A stretch of DNA of 64,000 nt from an uncultured Candidatus Rokubacteria bacterium (GTDB lineage Bacteria; Methylomirabilota; Methylomirabilia; Rokubacteriales; DASRDR01), in assembly GCA_963805625.1 (NCBI GenBank), contig CAWDVE010000018.1, positions 64,001-128,000 on the forward strand, read 5' to 3'. Under the pieces are notes generated by a model that was not told where the DNA came from, made no database searches, and saw only the letters and a list, made by a program, of their open reading frames with translations. This document shows positions 19,246 through 29,097 of this stretch, piece by piece; the stretch's first letter is position 1; every line of letters starts with the position of its first letter. Both the position numbers and the translations under genes were made by a program.

Positions 19246-20463
19246 TCAGGCCATGCCGGTCATGCCGCCGCCGTTGCCACCTCCGGTCCGTCGGGGACCC
19301 TCGAGCTCGCCCAGGCTCTCCAGCACCCACTGGTTGAACTGATGGCACCCGCTCTCCTGCGGGACGAAGTTGCCGTGCGCCAGCGGCCGGGCGTGGAGCC
19401 CCTCCTGCTGCCACTCGCAGTTCCGGGCGTCCTGGCGGTTCGTCAGGTCCCAGAGAGCGACGTAGTGGTCGAGGTCGAACTCCGGGCGCTTCATGCTCTC
19501 CGGCTCGAACAGCCAGTCGTAGATCATGCGGACGCTCTCGGGCCCCGTCGCCAGCATCTGATGCGAGTTGACGTAGTCCGGGTGCACGTTGAGGAAGAAG
19601 TTCGGCCGCAAGGTCTGCGACTGGTAGAGGTTGGTCCGCTCCTCGGCCGACAGCCCCTTGAACGGCGGGATGCGCGCCGTCCCATCCATCGTGAGCGTTG
19701 CCGCGCCGGGCTTGTAGCGGGGCCGCGCCGAGGCGAGCGGATTGCCGGCCTCGTCCGTGCGGAGACCCCAGGCGCCGGCGTCCCAGAAGAGGGTGGCGAT
19801 CTCGCAGAGCTCGGGATGCACGGGGGGACAGTGGAAGCACTCCGAGAAATTCTCGAAGAGGAGCTTCCAGTTGGCCTTGACGTCCATGACGATCCGCTTC
19901 CCGATCCGGAGGTCCGAGAAGCCGTAGTTCTTGAACCGCTCCGGCACGTCGCCGAGGGCGTCGCCGAGGGGCGCGGCCTGGTCGCCGGCCAGGTTGACGA
20001 AGATGAAGCCGCCCCAGGTGCCGATGGCTACCTGGAAGAGGGGGTAGTCCGCCCGGTCGAAGCCTGCGGTCTCCATCTGGCGCGGGGTGCCGACGAGCCG
20101 CCCGTCCAGGCTGTAGGTCCAGGTGTGGTAGGGGCACACGAGGCTTCGGCCGGGAAGCCGGCCCTGCTCCTCGGTGCAGAGGATCGAGCCGCGATGGCGG
20201 CACGTGTTGTGGAAGGCGCGGAGCTGGCCGTCGAGATCTCGGAGGATGACGATGCTCTGGGTGCCGATCTTGATGACCTTGTAGTCCCGGGGCGCGGGCA
20301 CTTCCTCTTCACGCCCGGCCATGACCCACATGCCGTACCAGAAGACCTCGAGCTCCCGCTCGTAGTGCTGGGGGTCGTAGTAGTAGCGCGCGGGGATGCT
20401 GGGCTCGAGCTGGTCGAGCGCCACCCGCCGCACGTGATACGTGGATGCCTGCGACCCCTGCAT
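19246..20463 (-). CDS. Rieske non-heme iron oxygenase alpha subunit (choline monooxygenase/GbcA-like group)
   Basis: CRHRG...CPYH Rieske motif, NWK..ENFSECFHCPPVHPE, QD-x3-CE. Confidence 0.92.
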   Translation of the reverse strand: MQGSQASTYHVRRVALDQLEPSIPARYYYDPQHYERELEVFWYGMWVMAGREEEVPAPRDYKVIKIGTQSIVILRDLDGQLRAFHNTCRHRGSILCTEEQGRLPGRSLVCPYHTWTYSLDGRLVGTPRQMETAGFDRADYPLFQVAIGTWGGFIFVNLAGDQAAPLGDALGDVPERFKNYGFSDLRIGKRIVMDVKANWKLLFENFSECFHCPPVHPELCEIATLFWDAGAWGLRTDEAGNPLASARPRYKPGAATLTMDGTARIPPFKGLSAEERTNLYQSQTLRPNFFLNVHPDYVNSHQMLATGPESVRMIYDWLFEPESMKRPEFDLDHYVALWDLTNRQDARNCEWQQEGLHARPLAHGNFVPQESGCHQFNQWVLESLGELEGPRRTGGGNGGGMTGMA

Positions 20464-20708
20464 ACGTCCTCCTTGTCGGTTCTCCCGGCGATCCCGCGGC
20501 AGCCCCGAGGCGCCGAGGCGGACCGGCCTGACAACCTCCTATTGTACGCGCCCGGCGCCCGCTTTCGCGCCTCTCCCACGCGGCCCCGCCGGGCACGCCG
20601 AACGGCGCGGAGGCCGGTGGCGGCTGGTGCCGGCCTGAGGGGTGGGGTATCGTCGGCGATCGGGGGCGAAGCGCCCCGAACATCCACTCGGCGGGGGGGC
20701 GACTGGCC

Positions 20709-21719
20709 ATGTCAGAGCGTGCGCCGCAGGACTGGGAGGTATCCCCGCGCGCGACCGAGCTGCATCGCTCGGCGCTCGTGTGGGACGATCATGGCGGCTT
20801 CGCGTACAGCACGGCCTCGGCGCTGAAGGACCTCCAGCGCTGGCGCGCCTCGGGCATCGACTACCTGTCCATCAACGTCGGCTACGACGTGACACCGTGG
20901 ACCCTGGCGGTCGAGGCCGTGTCGCAGGACCGGCACTGGATCCGGGCACACCCCGAGGACTTCGTGCAGGTGAAGGGCGTGGACGACGTCCACCGCGCCA
21001 AGCGCGAGGGCAAGCTGGCCGTGTCCTTCGATCTGGAGGGCATGGACGCCCTGAACGGGGACGTCGGCATGGTCGACGTCTACTACCGGCTGGGCGTGCG
21101 ACAGATGCTGTTCGCCTACAACCGGAACAACAAGGCGGGCGGTGGCTGCCATGACGAGGACATCGGGCTCACGCCGTTCGGGCGCGACGTCATCCGCGAG
21201 ATGAACCGCGTGGGCATGCTCGTGGACTGCTCCCACTCCGGGCACCGGACCACGATGGAGGCGATGGAGGCGTCGGCGGCGCCGGTCATCTTCTCGCACT
21301 CGAATGCGCGCCGCCTGTGCGACCACGAGCGCAACATCAAGGACGATCAGATCAAGGGATGCGCGGCCACCGGCGGCGTGATCGCGGTCACGGGGGTCGG
21401 GCGCTTCCTCGGTCCTCGCGGGCCGGTGGTCGACCACCTGGTCGAGCACATCGACTACATGGTGGAGCTCGTCGGCCCGGAGCACGTCGGCCTCGGCATG
21501 GACAGCGTGCTGCAGCAGAAGCCGCCGGGGGCGCCGTTCCGGGGCAGCCGGGCGTACTGGCCGGAATCCCAGTACCCGGACAGCGGCTCCGGCTATGTCG
21601 ATCCCGAGGCCTGGCCGCGCATCACCCAGGCCCTCCTCGACCGCGGTTACGGGGAGGCCGCCGTCCGTGGGATCCTGGGGAAGAACTTCCTCCGCGTCGC
21701 CGAGCGCGCGTGGAAGTGA
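20709..21719 (+). CDS. membrane dipeptidase family (M19)
   Basis: WDDHGG, EG, GLTPFGRDVIREMNRVGMLVDCSH, FSHSN, HERN, HVGLGMD. Confidence 0.92.
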   Translation: MSERAPQDWEVSPRATELHRSALVWDDHGGFAYSTASALKDLQRWRASGIDYLSINVGYDVTPWTLAVEAVSQDRHWIRAHPEDFVQVKGVDDVHRAKREGKLAVSFDLEGMDALNGDVGMVDVYYRLGVRQMLFAYNRNNKAGGGCHDEDIGLTPFGRDVIREMNRVGMLVDCSHSGHRTTMEAMEASAAPVIFSHSNARRLCDHERNIKDDQIKGCAATGGVIAVTGVGRFLGPRGPVVDHLVEHIDYMVELVGPEHVGLGMDSVLQQKPPGAPFRGSRAYWPESQYPDSGSGYVDPEAWPRITQALLDRGYGEAAVRGILGKNFLRVAERAWK

Positions 21720-21733
21720 TCCCCACGTCCTGA

Positions 21734-22459
21734 CGCTACCCGGAGCAAGCCGAAGCGCGCCCCACCCACGCGAGCGCCGAGGCCGGCGCCATCGGGGAGG
21801 GCTGCCTCCGCCGCGACGCCCCAGACGACGTCCACGTCCTGCGCGATCGGCTGGCTGTCGTCCAGCCCGGGCCAAGCGCGGGGCGACTCCCGGGCGAGGC
21901 CCTCCTCATCTCGTCCCTTCGCCTGATCGGGCCGTTCGTGTTCCTGAACGTCTGGCTCGGCGACCAGGCGCAACTGAGCGATCGGCGATGCGGCTGCCCG
22001 CTGGAGACAATCGGATGGACAACGCACCTCCGCTCGATCCGCAGCGAGGAGAAGCTCACCGCGTGGGGCATGTCGCTGCTCGATAGCGACATCGTCCAGG
22101 TGCTCGAGGAGACGCTGCCGGCGCGCTTCGGCGGAGGGCCGACGCACTACCAGCTGGTCGAAGACGCAACGGAGGACGACCTTCCGCGACTGCGGCTCCT
22201 GATTCACCCTGAAGTGGGGCCGGTGGACCCCGCGCAGGTGACCGCCGCATTCCTCGAGGCCATCGCGCCCGGGAGCGGTGCAGAGCGGGTCGCCCGGCTC
22301 GTGTGGGATCAGGCGGAAGCGGTCCACGTGGAGCGACGCCCGCCGCTAGTGGGAGCGAGCGGGAAGATCCACCACATCCATCCCGCTGCGGCCGGCGGCG
22401 CACCCTCGGCCAACCGCTGCCGCGTCGCGGCGGACCTCGGGAGGCGACCGATCGGGTGA
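21734..22459 (+). pseudogene. 5'-truncated phenylacetate-CoA-ligase/ANL-like protein
   Basis: frame is open from TGA 21731-33 with no upstream start; ASAEAGAIGEGC..DDVH, LNVWLGD, RRCGCP, IRSEEKLT, SGKI. Confidence 0.6.
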
Positions 22460-23388
22460 TGAGATATCAACGCTTCGCCCCGCTCGGCCGAGACCTGTCC
22501 CGGCTTGTCCTCGGCACGGCCGTCTACGAACACGCCCCGCTCGACGTGGCTCTCGACCTCCTCGACGCCTTCCGCGACCTCGGCGGCAACGTGGTCGACA
22601 CAGGACGCGAGTACGGCAACGCGGAGCCCATCCTCGGTCGCTGGCTGCGCGAGCGCGACCTGGTCGACGAGATCGTCGTCCTCACCAAGGGCGCCCACTA
22701 CGACAAGGACACCGGCCGGAGTCGCGTCAACCCAAGGGAGATCACACAGGATCTCGAAGAGAGCCTCAAGGCGCTCGGGCGGACATCCATCGACATCTAC
22801 TGCCTGCACCGGGACGATCCGAGCGCCCCCGTGGGGGCCATCCTCGAGAGCCTCAGCCAGCACCAGCGCTCGGGGCGCATCCGTGTCGTCGGCGCCTCCA
22901 ACTGGACGGTCGCGCGCCTCGAGGAAGCCGCCCGTCATGCCGCTCGGCACGGGCTCGATGGGTTCGCCTGCTCGAGCCCGGGCCTGAGCCTCGCCGCCCC
23001 CAAGGAACAGCCATGGCCCGGCTGTGTCACGATCCACGAGCCCGCGATCCGCGCGTGGTACGCGCAGCGCCAGCTCCCGGTCTTCGCGTGGGCGTCGCTC
23101 GCCGGCGGCTTCTTTGCCGGTGTCCAGGGCGCCGACGTCGCGCGCGTGTACGAGAACGCCGATAATCGCGAGCGCCTCCTGCGGGCGCGAGCGCTCGGCT
23201 ACCGTAAGGGGGCCACACCCGGCCAGATAGCGCTCGCCTGGGTCCTCCACCAGCCCTTTCCCATCTACGCCCTCATCGGGCCGAGGAGTGTCGCGGAGCT
23301 TCGTGAGAGCGTCGCCGCGCTCGACCTCGACCTGACGCCGGCAGAGTGGCGCTGGCTCGACCTGGAGCAGGACACCGAGGGAGGCTAG
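22459..23388 (+). CDS. aldo/keto reductase
   Basis: SRLVLGT, GGNVVDTGREYG, TKG, IDIYCLHRDD, GASNW, IALAWVL. Confidence 0.92.
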   Translation: MRYQRFAPLGRDLSRLVLGTAVYEHAPLDVALDLLDAFRDLGGNVVDTGREYGNAEPILGRWLRERDLVDEIVVLTKGAHYDKDTGRSRVNPREITQDLEESLKALGRTSIDIYCLHRDDPSAPVGAILESLSQHQRSGRIRVVGASNWTVARLEEAARHAARHGLDGFACSSPGLSLAAPKEQPWPGCVTIHEPAIRAWYAQRQLPVFAWASLAGGFFAGVQGADVARVYENADNRERLLRARALGYRKGATPGQIALAWVLHQPFPIYALIGPRSVAELRESVAALDLDLTPAEWRWLDLEQDTEGG

Positions 23389-23659
23389 CCTGCGCGGAGT
23401 CGCGGCGGCCGAGCCGCCGAGGCGCGAGAAGTGCTGGTCCGCCCGTCCTTCCACCTTGGAAGTGGAGGTACGCGCCACCGAGGGAGCGCCCTTCCGCGCG
23501 TGCGCGATGCGCACCGCGCCAAGTCGCACACCCCGAGGGCGCGGCCTCCGCACTCCACGGCCGGTCTGCCGGAAGTCGATGCCTCGTCGCAGATCGGAAG
23601 CTCCCGCGCTGCGGGGTGCGGAGCCCGACGGGCCGGCCCCCGCCGCCGGCCGGCGCGGA

Positions 23660-23884
23660 TCAGCCCTCGTACTTGAAGGAGACCTGCACCCGCGCGCGAT
23701 AGGCGACGATCCTCCCGTTGTCGATCTTCACGTCGAGCTTCTGGACCTCCGCGATCCGGAGGTCCCGGAGTGACCGCGTCGCCGTCTCTACCGCGTTCTG
23801 GGTGGCCTCCTCCCACGAGCGCTTGCTGGTCCCGATGATGTCGATGACCCGGTACACGCCTTCGCCGGATGCCTTCTTCGCCAT
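23660..23884 (-). CDS. dodecin (flavin-binding) family protein
   Basis: GGAGG RBS; VYRVIDIIGTS..SWEEA...LRIAEV..LD...YRARVQVSFKYE. Confidence 0.92.
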   Translation of the reverse strand: MAKKASGEGVYRVIDIIGTSKRSWEEATQNAVETATRSLRDLRIAEVQKLDVKIDNGRIVAYRARVQVSFKYEG

Positions 23885-24028
23885 CGTTCGTCCTCCCGTC
23901 GCCACGAGGCCCTGTGTGAAGATCGCACGTCTCTCCGATCGGTAGCATAGCCCCGGAGCCGATCCGCAGTGAGGCGCGATCTCGGCGGAGTGGGTCCGAG
24001 GCGCGCCGCCGGTCACCGGACAAGCCGG

Positions 24029-24034
24029 TATAAT
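24029..24034 (+). promoter_or_regulatory. -10 box TATAAT, probable leaderless promoter of cocE-2
   Basis: consensus TATAAT 8 nt before GTG 24043; no SD sequence; conserved in the duplicate at 15781. Confidence 0.6.
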
Positions 24035-24042
24035 CCGACGCC

Positions 24043-26058
24043 GTGACCATCGTGGCGACGTTCCCGCGGGCGATCCAGCGGCTCGACCCGGTCTGGATCC
24101 GGCTCAGGGACGGGACGCGCCTGGCGGCGCGCGTCTGGCTCCCCGTCGACGCCGAGGCGAGCCCCGTGCCCGCCATCCTCGAGTACCTCCCCTATCGTCG
24201 GCGTGACTTCACCGCGCAGCGGGACGCGCTGACTCACCCCTACGTCGCCGGGCACGGTTACGCCTGCGTCCGCGTGGACATGCGCGGCAGCGGCGACTCG
24301 GACGGTGTCCTCACCGACGAGTACCTCCCGCTCGAGCAGGACGACGCGGTGGAGGTCATCGCCTGGCTCGCCGCCCAGCCGTGGTGCACCGGGGCGGTGG
24401 GCATGATGGGCAACTCCTGGGGCGGGTTCAACGCGCTCCAGGTCGCCGCCCGCCGGCCCCCGGCGCTCCGGGCGATCATCACCTCCTGCTCCACGGACGA
24501 CCGCTACGCCGACGACATCCACTACATGGGCGGGTGCCTCCTCACGGACAACCTGCGCTGGGCGTCGACCATGTTCGCCCACAACTCTCGCCCGCCGGAC
24601 CCGGCGGTCGTCGGCGCGCGCTGGCGAACGATGTGGCTCGAGCGCCTCCGCGGGAGCGGCCTCTGGGTCGACACGTGGCTCCGCCACCAGCGGCGCGATG
24701 CCTTCTGGCGCCAAGGCTCGGTGTGCGAGGACTTCGCCGCGATCCAGTGCCCGGTCCTCGCGGTGGGCGGCTGGCTGGACGGCTATTCCAACGCGATCCC
24801 GCGCCTGATGCAGGGGCTCGGCGTGCGGCGCCACGGCCTCATTGGCCAGTGGGCGCACCGCTACCCCCACATGGCCCTGCCCGGGCCAGCGGTGGGCTTC
24901 CTCCAGCTCGCCCTCCGCTGGTGGGACACCTGGCTCAAGGGCGTGGCTCCCAGGGACCCCGACGGGCCCCTGCTCCGCGTCTTCATGCCGGAGAGCGTCC
25001 CCCCCGCGGCCATGTACTCGACCCGACCCGGTCGCTGGGTCGCGGAGGGCGCCTGGCCCTCGCCCCGCATCACCCCGCGGCGGTACGTCCTTCACCGGGC
25101 TCGCCTCGCGCCTGAGCCCGGACCCGAGGTGCCGCTGTCGCTCCGCTCGCCGGAGACGCTCGGGCTCCACGCTGGCCGCTGGTGTCCCTACGGTCTCACG
25201 CCCGATCTCCCGCTGGACCAGCGGCTCGAGGACGGCGGGGCGCTCACCTTCGACACCGATCCGCTCCCCGAACGGCTCGAGATCCTGGGCCCGCCGGTGG
25301 CCGACCTCGAGGTGGCGGTGAACCGGCCGGTGGCGCTGGTCGCCGCGCGCCTCTCCGATGTCGCCCCCGACGGCGCGGCCACGCGCGTCAGCTACGGCCT
25401 CCTCAACCTCACCCACCGGGAGAGCCACGAGCACCCGACGGCGCTCGAGCCGGGGCGCCGCTACCGGGTGCGCCTCCAGCTCAACGACGTCGCGCAGGCC
25501 TTCCCGGCGGGGCACCGCATCCGCCTCGCGCTCTCGACCGCCTACTGGCCGACCGTCTGGCCGGCGCCCGAGCCGGTCACGCTGACGCTCTACACCGGCG
25601 CCAGCGCCCTCACTCTCCCGGTGCGGCCCCCCGATCCGGCGGACGCTGCGCTCCCTCCGCTACCGCCCGTCGAGACCGCGCCCCCACTCCCGGTCACGGC
25701 ATACGAGCCGTCGCGCTCCGAGCGTGTCGTCCACCACAACGTCACGACCGGCGAGGTGACGCTCGACTGGACCCAGGACAGCGGCCCCCACCGGTATGAC
25801 GACATCGACCTCACGGTGCACACGCTGACCGCTGACCGTTTCACGATCCGACCCGAGGATCCCCTGTCCGCGTGCGTGGAGATCGCCTGGACGGTCCGGC
25901 TCGCCCGCGGGAGCTGGGGTGTGGAGACGCGGACCCGGACACGGCTCACGGCAACCCGGAACACCTTCGAGCTCTTCGCGAGCCTCGAGGCGTTCGAGGG
26001 AGACACGCCGGTCCACGAGCAGCACTGGGAGCGGTCGATCCCACGCGATCTGGTCTGA
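24043..26058 (+). CDS. CocE/NonD family hydrolase (paralogue of 17015)
   Basis: LEYLPYRRRD, VDMRGSGDSDG, GMMGNSWGG, IPRDLV C-terminus. Confidence 0.93.
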   Translation: MTIVATFPRAIQRLDPVWIRLRDGTRLAARVWLPVDAEASPVPAILEYLPYRRRDFTAQRDALTHPYVAGHGYACVRVDMRGSGDSDGVLTDEYLPLEQDDAVEVIAWLAAQPWCTGAVGMMGNSWGGFNALQVAARRPPALRAIITSCSTDDRYADDIHYMGGCLLTDNLRWASTMFAHNSRPPDPAVVGARWRTMWLERLRGSGLWVDTWLRHQRRDAFWRQGSVCEDFAAIQCPVLAVGGWLDGYSNAIPRLMQGLGVRRHGLIGQWAHRYPHMALPGPAVGFLQLALRWWDTWLKGVAPRDPDGPLLRVFMPESVPPAAMYSTRPGRWVAEGAWPSPRITPRRYVLHRARLAPEPGPEVPLSLRSPETLGLHAGRWCPYGLTPDLPLDQRLEDGGALTFDTDPLPERLEILGPPVADLEVAVNRPVALVAARLSDVAPDGAATRVSYGLLNLTHRESHEHPTALEPGRRYRVRLQLNDVAQAFPAGHRIRLALSTAYWPTVWPAPEPVTLTLYTGASALTLPVRPPDPADAALPPLPPVETAPPLPVTAYEPSRSERVVHHNVTTGEVTLDWTQDSGPHRYDDIDLTVHTLTADRFTIRPEDPLSACVEIAWTVRLARGSWGVETRTRTRLTATRNTFELFASLEAFEGDTPVHEQHWERSIPRDLV

Positions 26059-26087
26059 TGGACGGACGGCCGCGTCGGCCGGGCCGC

Positions 26088-26125
26088 GGCTCGCGAAGCC
26101 CGCGCGCGTCCGGGCCTTGCGAGCC
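26088..26125. terminator. imperfect GC stem-loop after cocE-2
   Basis: GGCTCGCGAAGCCCG / CGGGCCTTGCGAGCC, 13 of 15 positions paired; no U tract. Confidence 0.3.
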
Positions 26126-26163
26126 TCGCGCACCCGCCCTATGATCCCCGCGCGAGGCGCTTC

Positions 26164-27810
26164 GTGACAAACCCCGTGGTGGATTCCAAATCCGTGACCG
26201 GAAAGACCCCCGCGCCCGAGCGGCACGTGCCGCTCATCGTGGTCGGTGGCGGCCCGGCGGGCGTCGCGGCGGCGACGGCAGCGGCCCGGGCCGGGGTGCG
26301 CGTGCTACTCCTCGACGAGCATCCGCTCGATCCCGAGCTGATGGCGATGGACGTGCCGCTCTACTTCGGCCAGCGCATGAGTGCCGCCGTCCGGGACCGG
26401 GGCGTCATGCTCGAGCGCGTCGTCCGCGCGAACCCCGCGCTCGAGGAGGCCGTCGAGGCCGGAGTCGAGGTGGAGCTGGGCGTTTCGGTGTGGGGCGCGT
26501 TCCGGCCGGGGCCCACCATGCGCGAGATCGGCGGCGCCTGCGTCGGCGTGGCGGACCAGTCGCGCTCGTGGCTCGTCGGGTACGACCGGCTGGTCGTGGC
26601 GGCGGGGGCGCGGGACCTCGGGCTCGCGTTCCGGGGCTGGGAGAAGGCCGGCACCATGGGGGCCGCCGGCGCCCTTGCGCTCCTCACCCGGTACCAGGCG
26701 TTCGCCGCCCGCCGCATGGTCGTGCTGGGCTCGGGGCCGCTCGGCCTGGCCGTGGCGACCCTCGCGCGAGCGCGCGGTATCGAGGTGCCCGCGGTCGTAG
26801 AGGTGAGCCCGGCGCTCCGCGGGGATCCGAGCGTGCGGGACCGGCTCGAGCGAGAGGGCGTGGGCTTCTACCCGGGCCACGTCGTCGCCGAGGCACTGGG
26901 GAGCCGCGACGAGATCGAGGGGGTCCGTCTCGCCGCGCTCGACGGCGATCTCCGGTTGATCCCGGGACGCGAGACCGACATCGTGTGCGATACGGTGTGC
27001 CTCGCCATCGGGCTCGTGCCCCAGGTCGAGCTCCTCCAGATCCTGGGCTGCCGGCTCGTGTTCCGCTCCGAGCGCGGAGGGTTCGTCCCCGAGATCGACG
27101 TCGAGCAGCGCACGAGCCTGCCCGAGGTCTTCGCCGCCGGTGACGGCGCGGGCGTCGACGAAAGCGCCGTGACGTCGCCTGACCGGGCCGTGGCCGAGGG
27201 CCGCCGCGCGGGTCTCGCCGCGGCGGCCTCGCTCGGGGCCATCCCCCCCGAGCGGGCGCAGGCCCTCCTGCGCGAGACGCAGGGGCCCGCCGAGACGGCC
27301 GCGCCGCGCGTGCACGACTACTGGCGGCAGTGGCTCCGCGCCACGCTCGCGGCCGGCGGAGGGGACATCCTCGCGTGCCAGTGCGAGGAGGTCACACGGG
27401 GCGAGCTGGTCGGCGTCCAGCCCCCCCGCTATCTCGGCCCGCCGTCGGCGCCGATGCGCGCCCGGAGCGTCGGCACCCTGAGCCAGGACGGGCCGCTCCA
27501 CCCCGATCAGGTCAAGCGCCTGACGCGCGCCGGCATGGGCCCGTGTCAGGGCCGCCGCTGCCGGGAGCAGGTGGCGCTCCTGCTCGCGGAGGCGGGCGAC
27601 GTGCCGGTCGATACCATCCCGCTCGCGAGCTACCGGCCGCCCGTCCGGCCACTCCCGCTCTCCGTCCTGTGGCCCCACGACGAGCCGGTGTCGATGCGCG
27701 AGCACTGGGTGAGCTGGTTCGGGATCCCGACCCAGTTCGCGCCGCACTGGGCGGGCGATCCGGACATGACGGTCATGCTCGACGTGCCGGGCGGGATGCC
27801 GGTCGAATGA
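26164..27810 (+). CDS. FAD/NAD oxidoreductase with BFD-like [2Fe-2S] domain (OoxA/HcnB/SoxA-like)
   Basis: VVGGGPAG, VFAAGDGAG, CQCEEV, KRLTRAGMGPCQGRRC, RPPVRP. Confidence 0.9.
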   Translation: MTNPVVDSKSVTGKTPAPERHVPLIVVGGGPAGVAAATAAARAGVRVLLLDEHPLDPELMAMDVPLYFGQRMSAAVRDRGVMLERVVRANPALEEAVEAGVEVELGVSVWGAFRPGPTMREIGGACVGVADQSRSWLVGYDRLVVAAGARDLGLAFRGWEKAGTMGAAGALALLTRYQAFAARRMVVLGSGPLGLAVATLARARGIEVPAVVEVSPALRGDPSVRDRLEREGVGFYPGHVVAEALGSRDEIEGVRLAALDGDLRLIPGRETDIVCDTVCLAIGLVPQVELLQILGCRLVFRSERGGFVPEIDVEQRTSLPEVFAAGDGAGVDESAVTSPDRAVAEGRRAGLAAAASLGAIPPERAQALLRETQGPAETAAPRVHDYWRQWLRATLAAGGGDILACQCEEVTRGELVGVQPPRYLGPPSAPMRARSVGTLSQDGPLHPDQVKRLTRAGMGPCQGRRCREQVALLLAEAGDVPVDTIPLASYRPPVRPLPLSVLWPHDEPVSMREHWVSWFGIPTQFAPHWAGDPDMTVMLDVPGGMPVE

Positions 27811-27841
27811 TGAGGCGGCGCGGGCCCGGAGGAAGCGACTC

Positions 27842-29014
27842 GTGACGGAGCCGCGCGGGGCCAGCGTCGTGGTCGTCGGCGGCGGCGTCACCGGGCTCAG
27901 CGCCGCCTGGTGGCTCGCCCGCGCGGGCGTCGACGTCCTGGTGCTCGAGGCGGGCATCGTCGGGTGGGAGGCGTCAGGACGGAACGGCGGCGGCGCGACC
28001 CACGTCTACAGCCCCCTCGGCCTCGAGGAGCAGCGGCTCTGGCCCCAAATGGACACGCTGCTCGGGTATCCCACCGAGCACGCGCCGCACCGGATCAAGG
28101 TGGCGCTGACGGAAGATCAGCTCGCGCTCTACCGGACGAACGCCGGGATCGCCGCCCAGCAGGGGTTCCGGACCGAGCCGCTCGACGTCAAGGAGCTCCG
28201 AGAGCTCGTTCCGATCGTCGGGGACAACGCGATCGGCGGCTTTTACCTCCACTTCGGCGGCCACGCGAACCCGCAGCGCACCGTCCAGGCCTACGCGTGG
28301 GCGCTTCAGGACCTCGGTGGTCGGATCCGCCAGCACACGCCCGTCACGGGGTTCCGCACCGCCGGGGGGCGCGTCACCGCCGTCGAGACCGCCGCCGGCC
28401 CGGTCGGCGCCGAGACGGTCGTCCTCGCGGCTGGGCCGCAGACGGAGCGCCTCGCCGCCCGGCTCGGCGTCCGGGTCCCGCTCGCGCCGTCGCGTGTCGA
28501 GATGATCTGTACCGAGCCCCTGCCGCTCATGAAGGTCGGCGGGGTCGACGGCAACGGCCTCTACGGCCGCCAGACGCGGCGGGGCAACCTGGTCTACGGC
28601 GGCGGCCCGCACGAATGGCTGGACGGTGCCGGGCTCGCGGCGGCGCCGGGGTCCCGGCCCACGACCCCGCTCCTCCGGAGCCTGGGCCGGCGCCTCGCCG
28701 AGCTCTTCCGTGGAGCCGCCCACGTGCGGCTCATCCGGAGCTGGGCCGGAATCGTGGAGAACACTCCTGACGGGCTCCCGATCCTTGATCGGCTGGCCGA
28801 CCCTGCCAACGTGGTGCTCGCCACGATGTCGAGCGTCGGCTTCGGGCTGTCCCCGGCCTCCGGGAAGGCGATCAGCGAGCTCGCGCTCCACGGCGAGTGC
28901 CGCTTCGCCAATCTCACCGCCCTCCGGCTGGCGCGTTTCGCCCATACGCCGCCCGACTGGCGCGCTCAGCTCGGCTGGCTCCCCTCGGGATCGGAAGTCG
29001 GGGTCAGACTTTGA
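27842..29014 (+). CDS. DAO-family FAD-dependent oxidoreductase (OoxB/HcnC/SoxB-like)
   Basis: VVGGGVTG, ASGRNGG, RSWAG..ENTPDGLPIL, GFGLSPASG. Confidence 0.9.
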   Translation: MTEPRGASVVVVGGGVTGLSAAWWLARAGVDVLVLEAGIVGWEASGRNGGGATHVYSPLGLEEQRLWPQMDTLLGYPTEHAPHRIKVALTEDQLALYRTNAGIAAQQGFRTEPLDVKELRELVPIVGDNAIGGFYLHFGGHANPQRTVQAYAWALQDLGGRIRQHTPVTGFRTAGGRVTAVETAAGPVGAETVVLAAGPQTERLAARLGVRVPLAPSRVEMICTEPLPLMKVGGVDGNGLYGRQTRRGNLVYGGGPHEWLDGAGLAAAPGSRPTTPLLRSLGRRLAELFRGAAHVRLIRSWAGIVENTPDGLPILDRLADPANVVLATMSSVGFGLSPASGKAISELALHGECRFANLTALRLARFAHTPPDWRAQLGWLPSGSEVGVRL

Positions 29015-29097
29015 CTTCCCGACAATTCTGGCGCCCGCCAGGACCAGACCACGACCGGCTGGGCGGTGCCGGCAAGCCCGGAAGTCAAAGTCTGACC
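29000..29097. repeat. REP/REPIN-like inverted repeat, right arm interrupted by the IS
   Basis: GGGGTCAGACTTTGACTTCC (29000-29019), 60-nt spacer, GGAAGTCAAAGTCTGACC (29080-29097); the missing CC follows the IS at 30454-55. Confidence 0.75.

Noticed and set aside
23390-23655. Intergenic stretch that might be another gene remnant or an ncRNA
   Set aside because: No recognisable protein motif in any frame and no convincing structure by eye.
23914-23928. Imperfect palindrome GTGTGA-AGA-TCGCAC upstream of dodecin
   Set aside because: Short, with a mismatch and non-CRP spacing; could arise by chance.
26164-29014. Calling the pair hcnBC (HCN synthase)
   Set aside because: No hcnA is present, and the motifs are shared by opine, sarcosine and hydroxyproline dehydrogenases.
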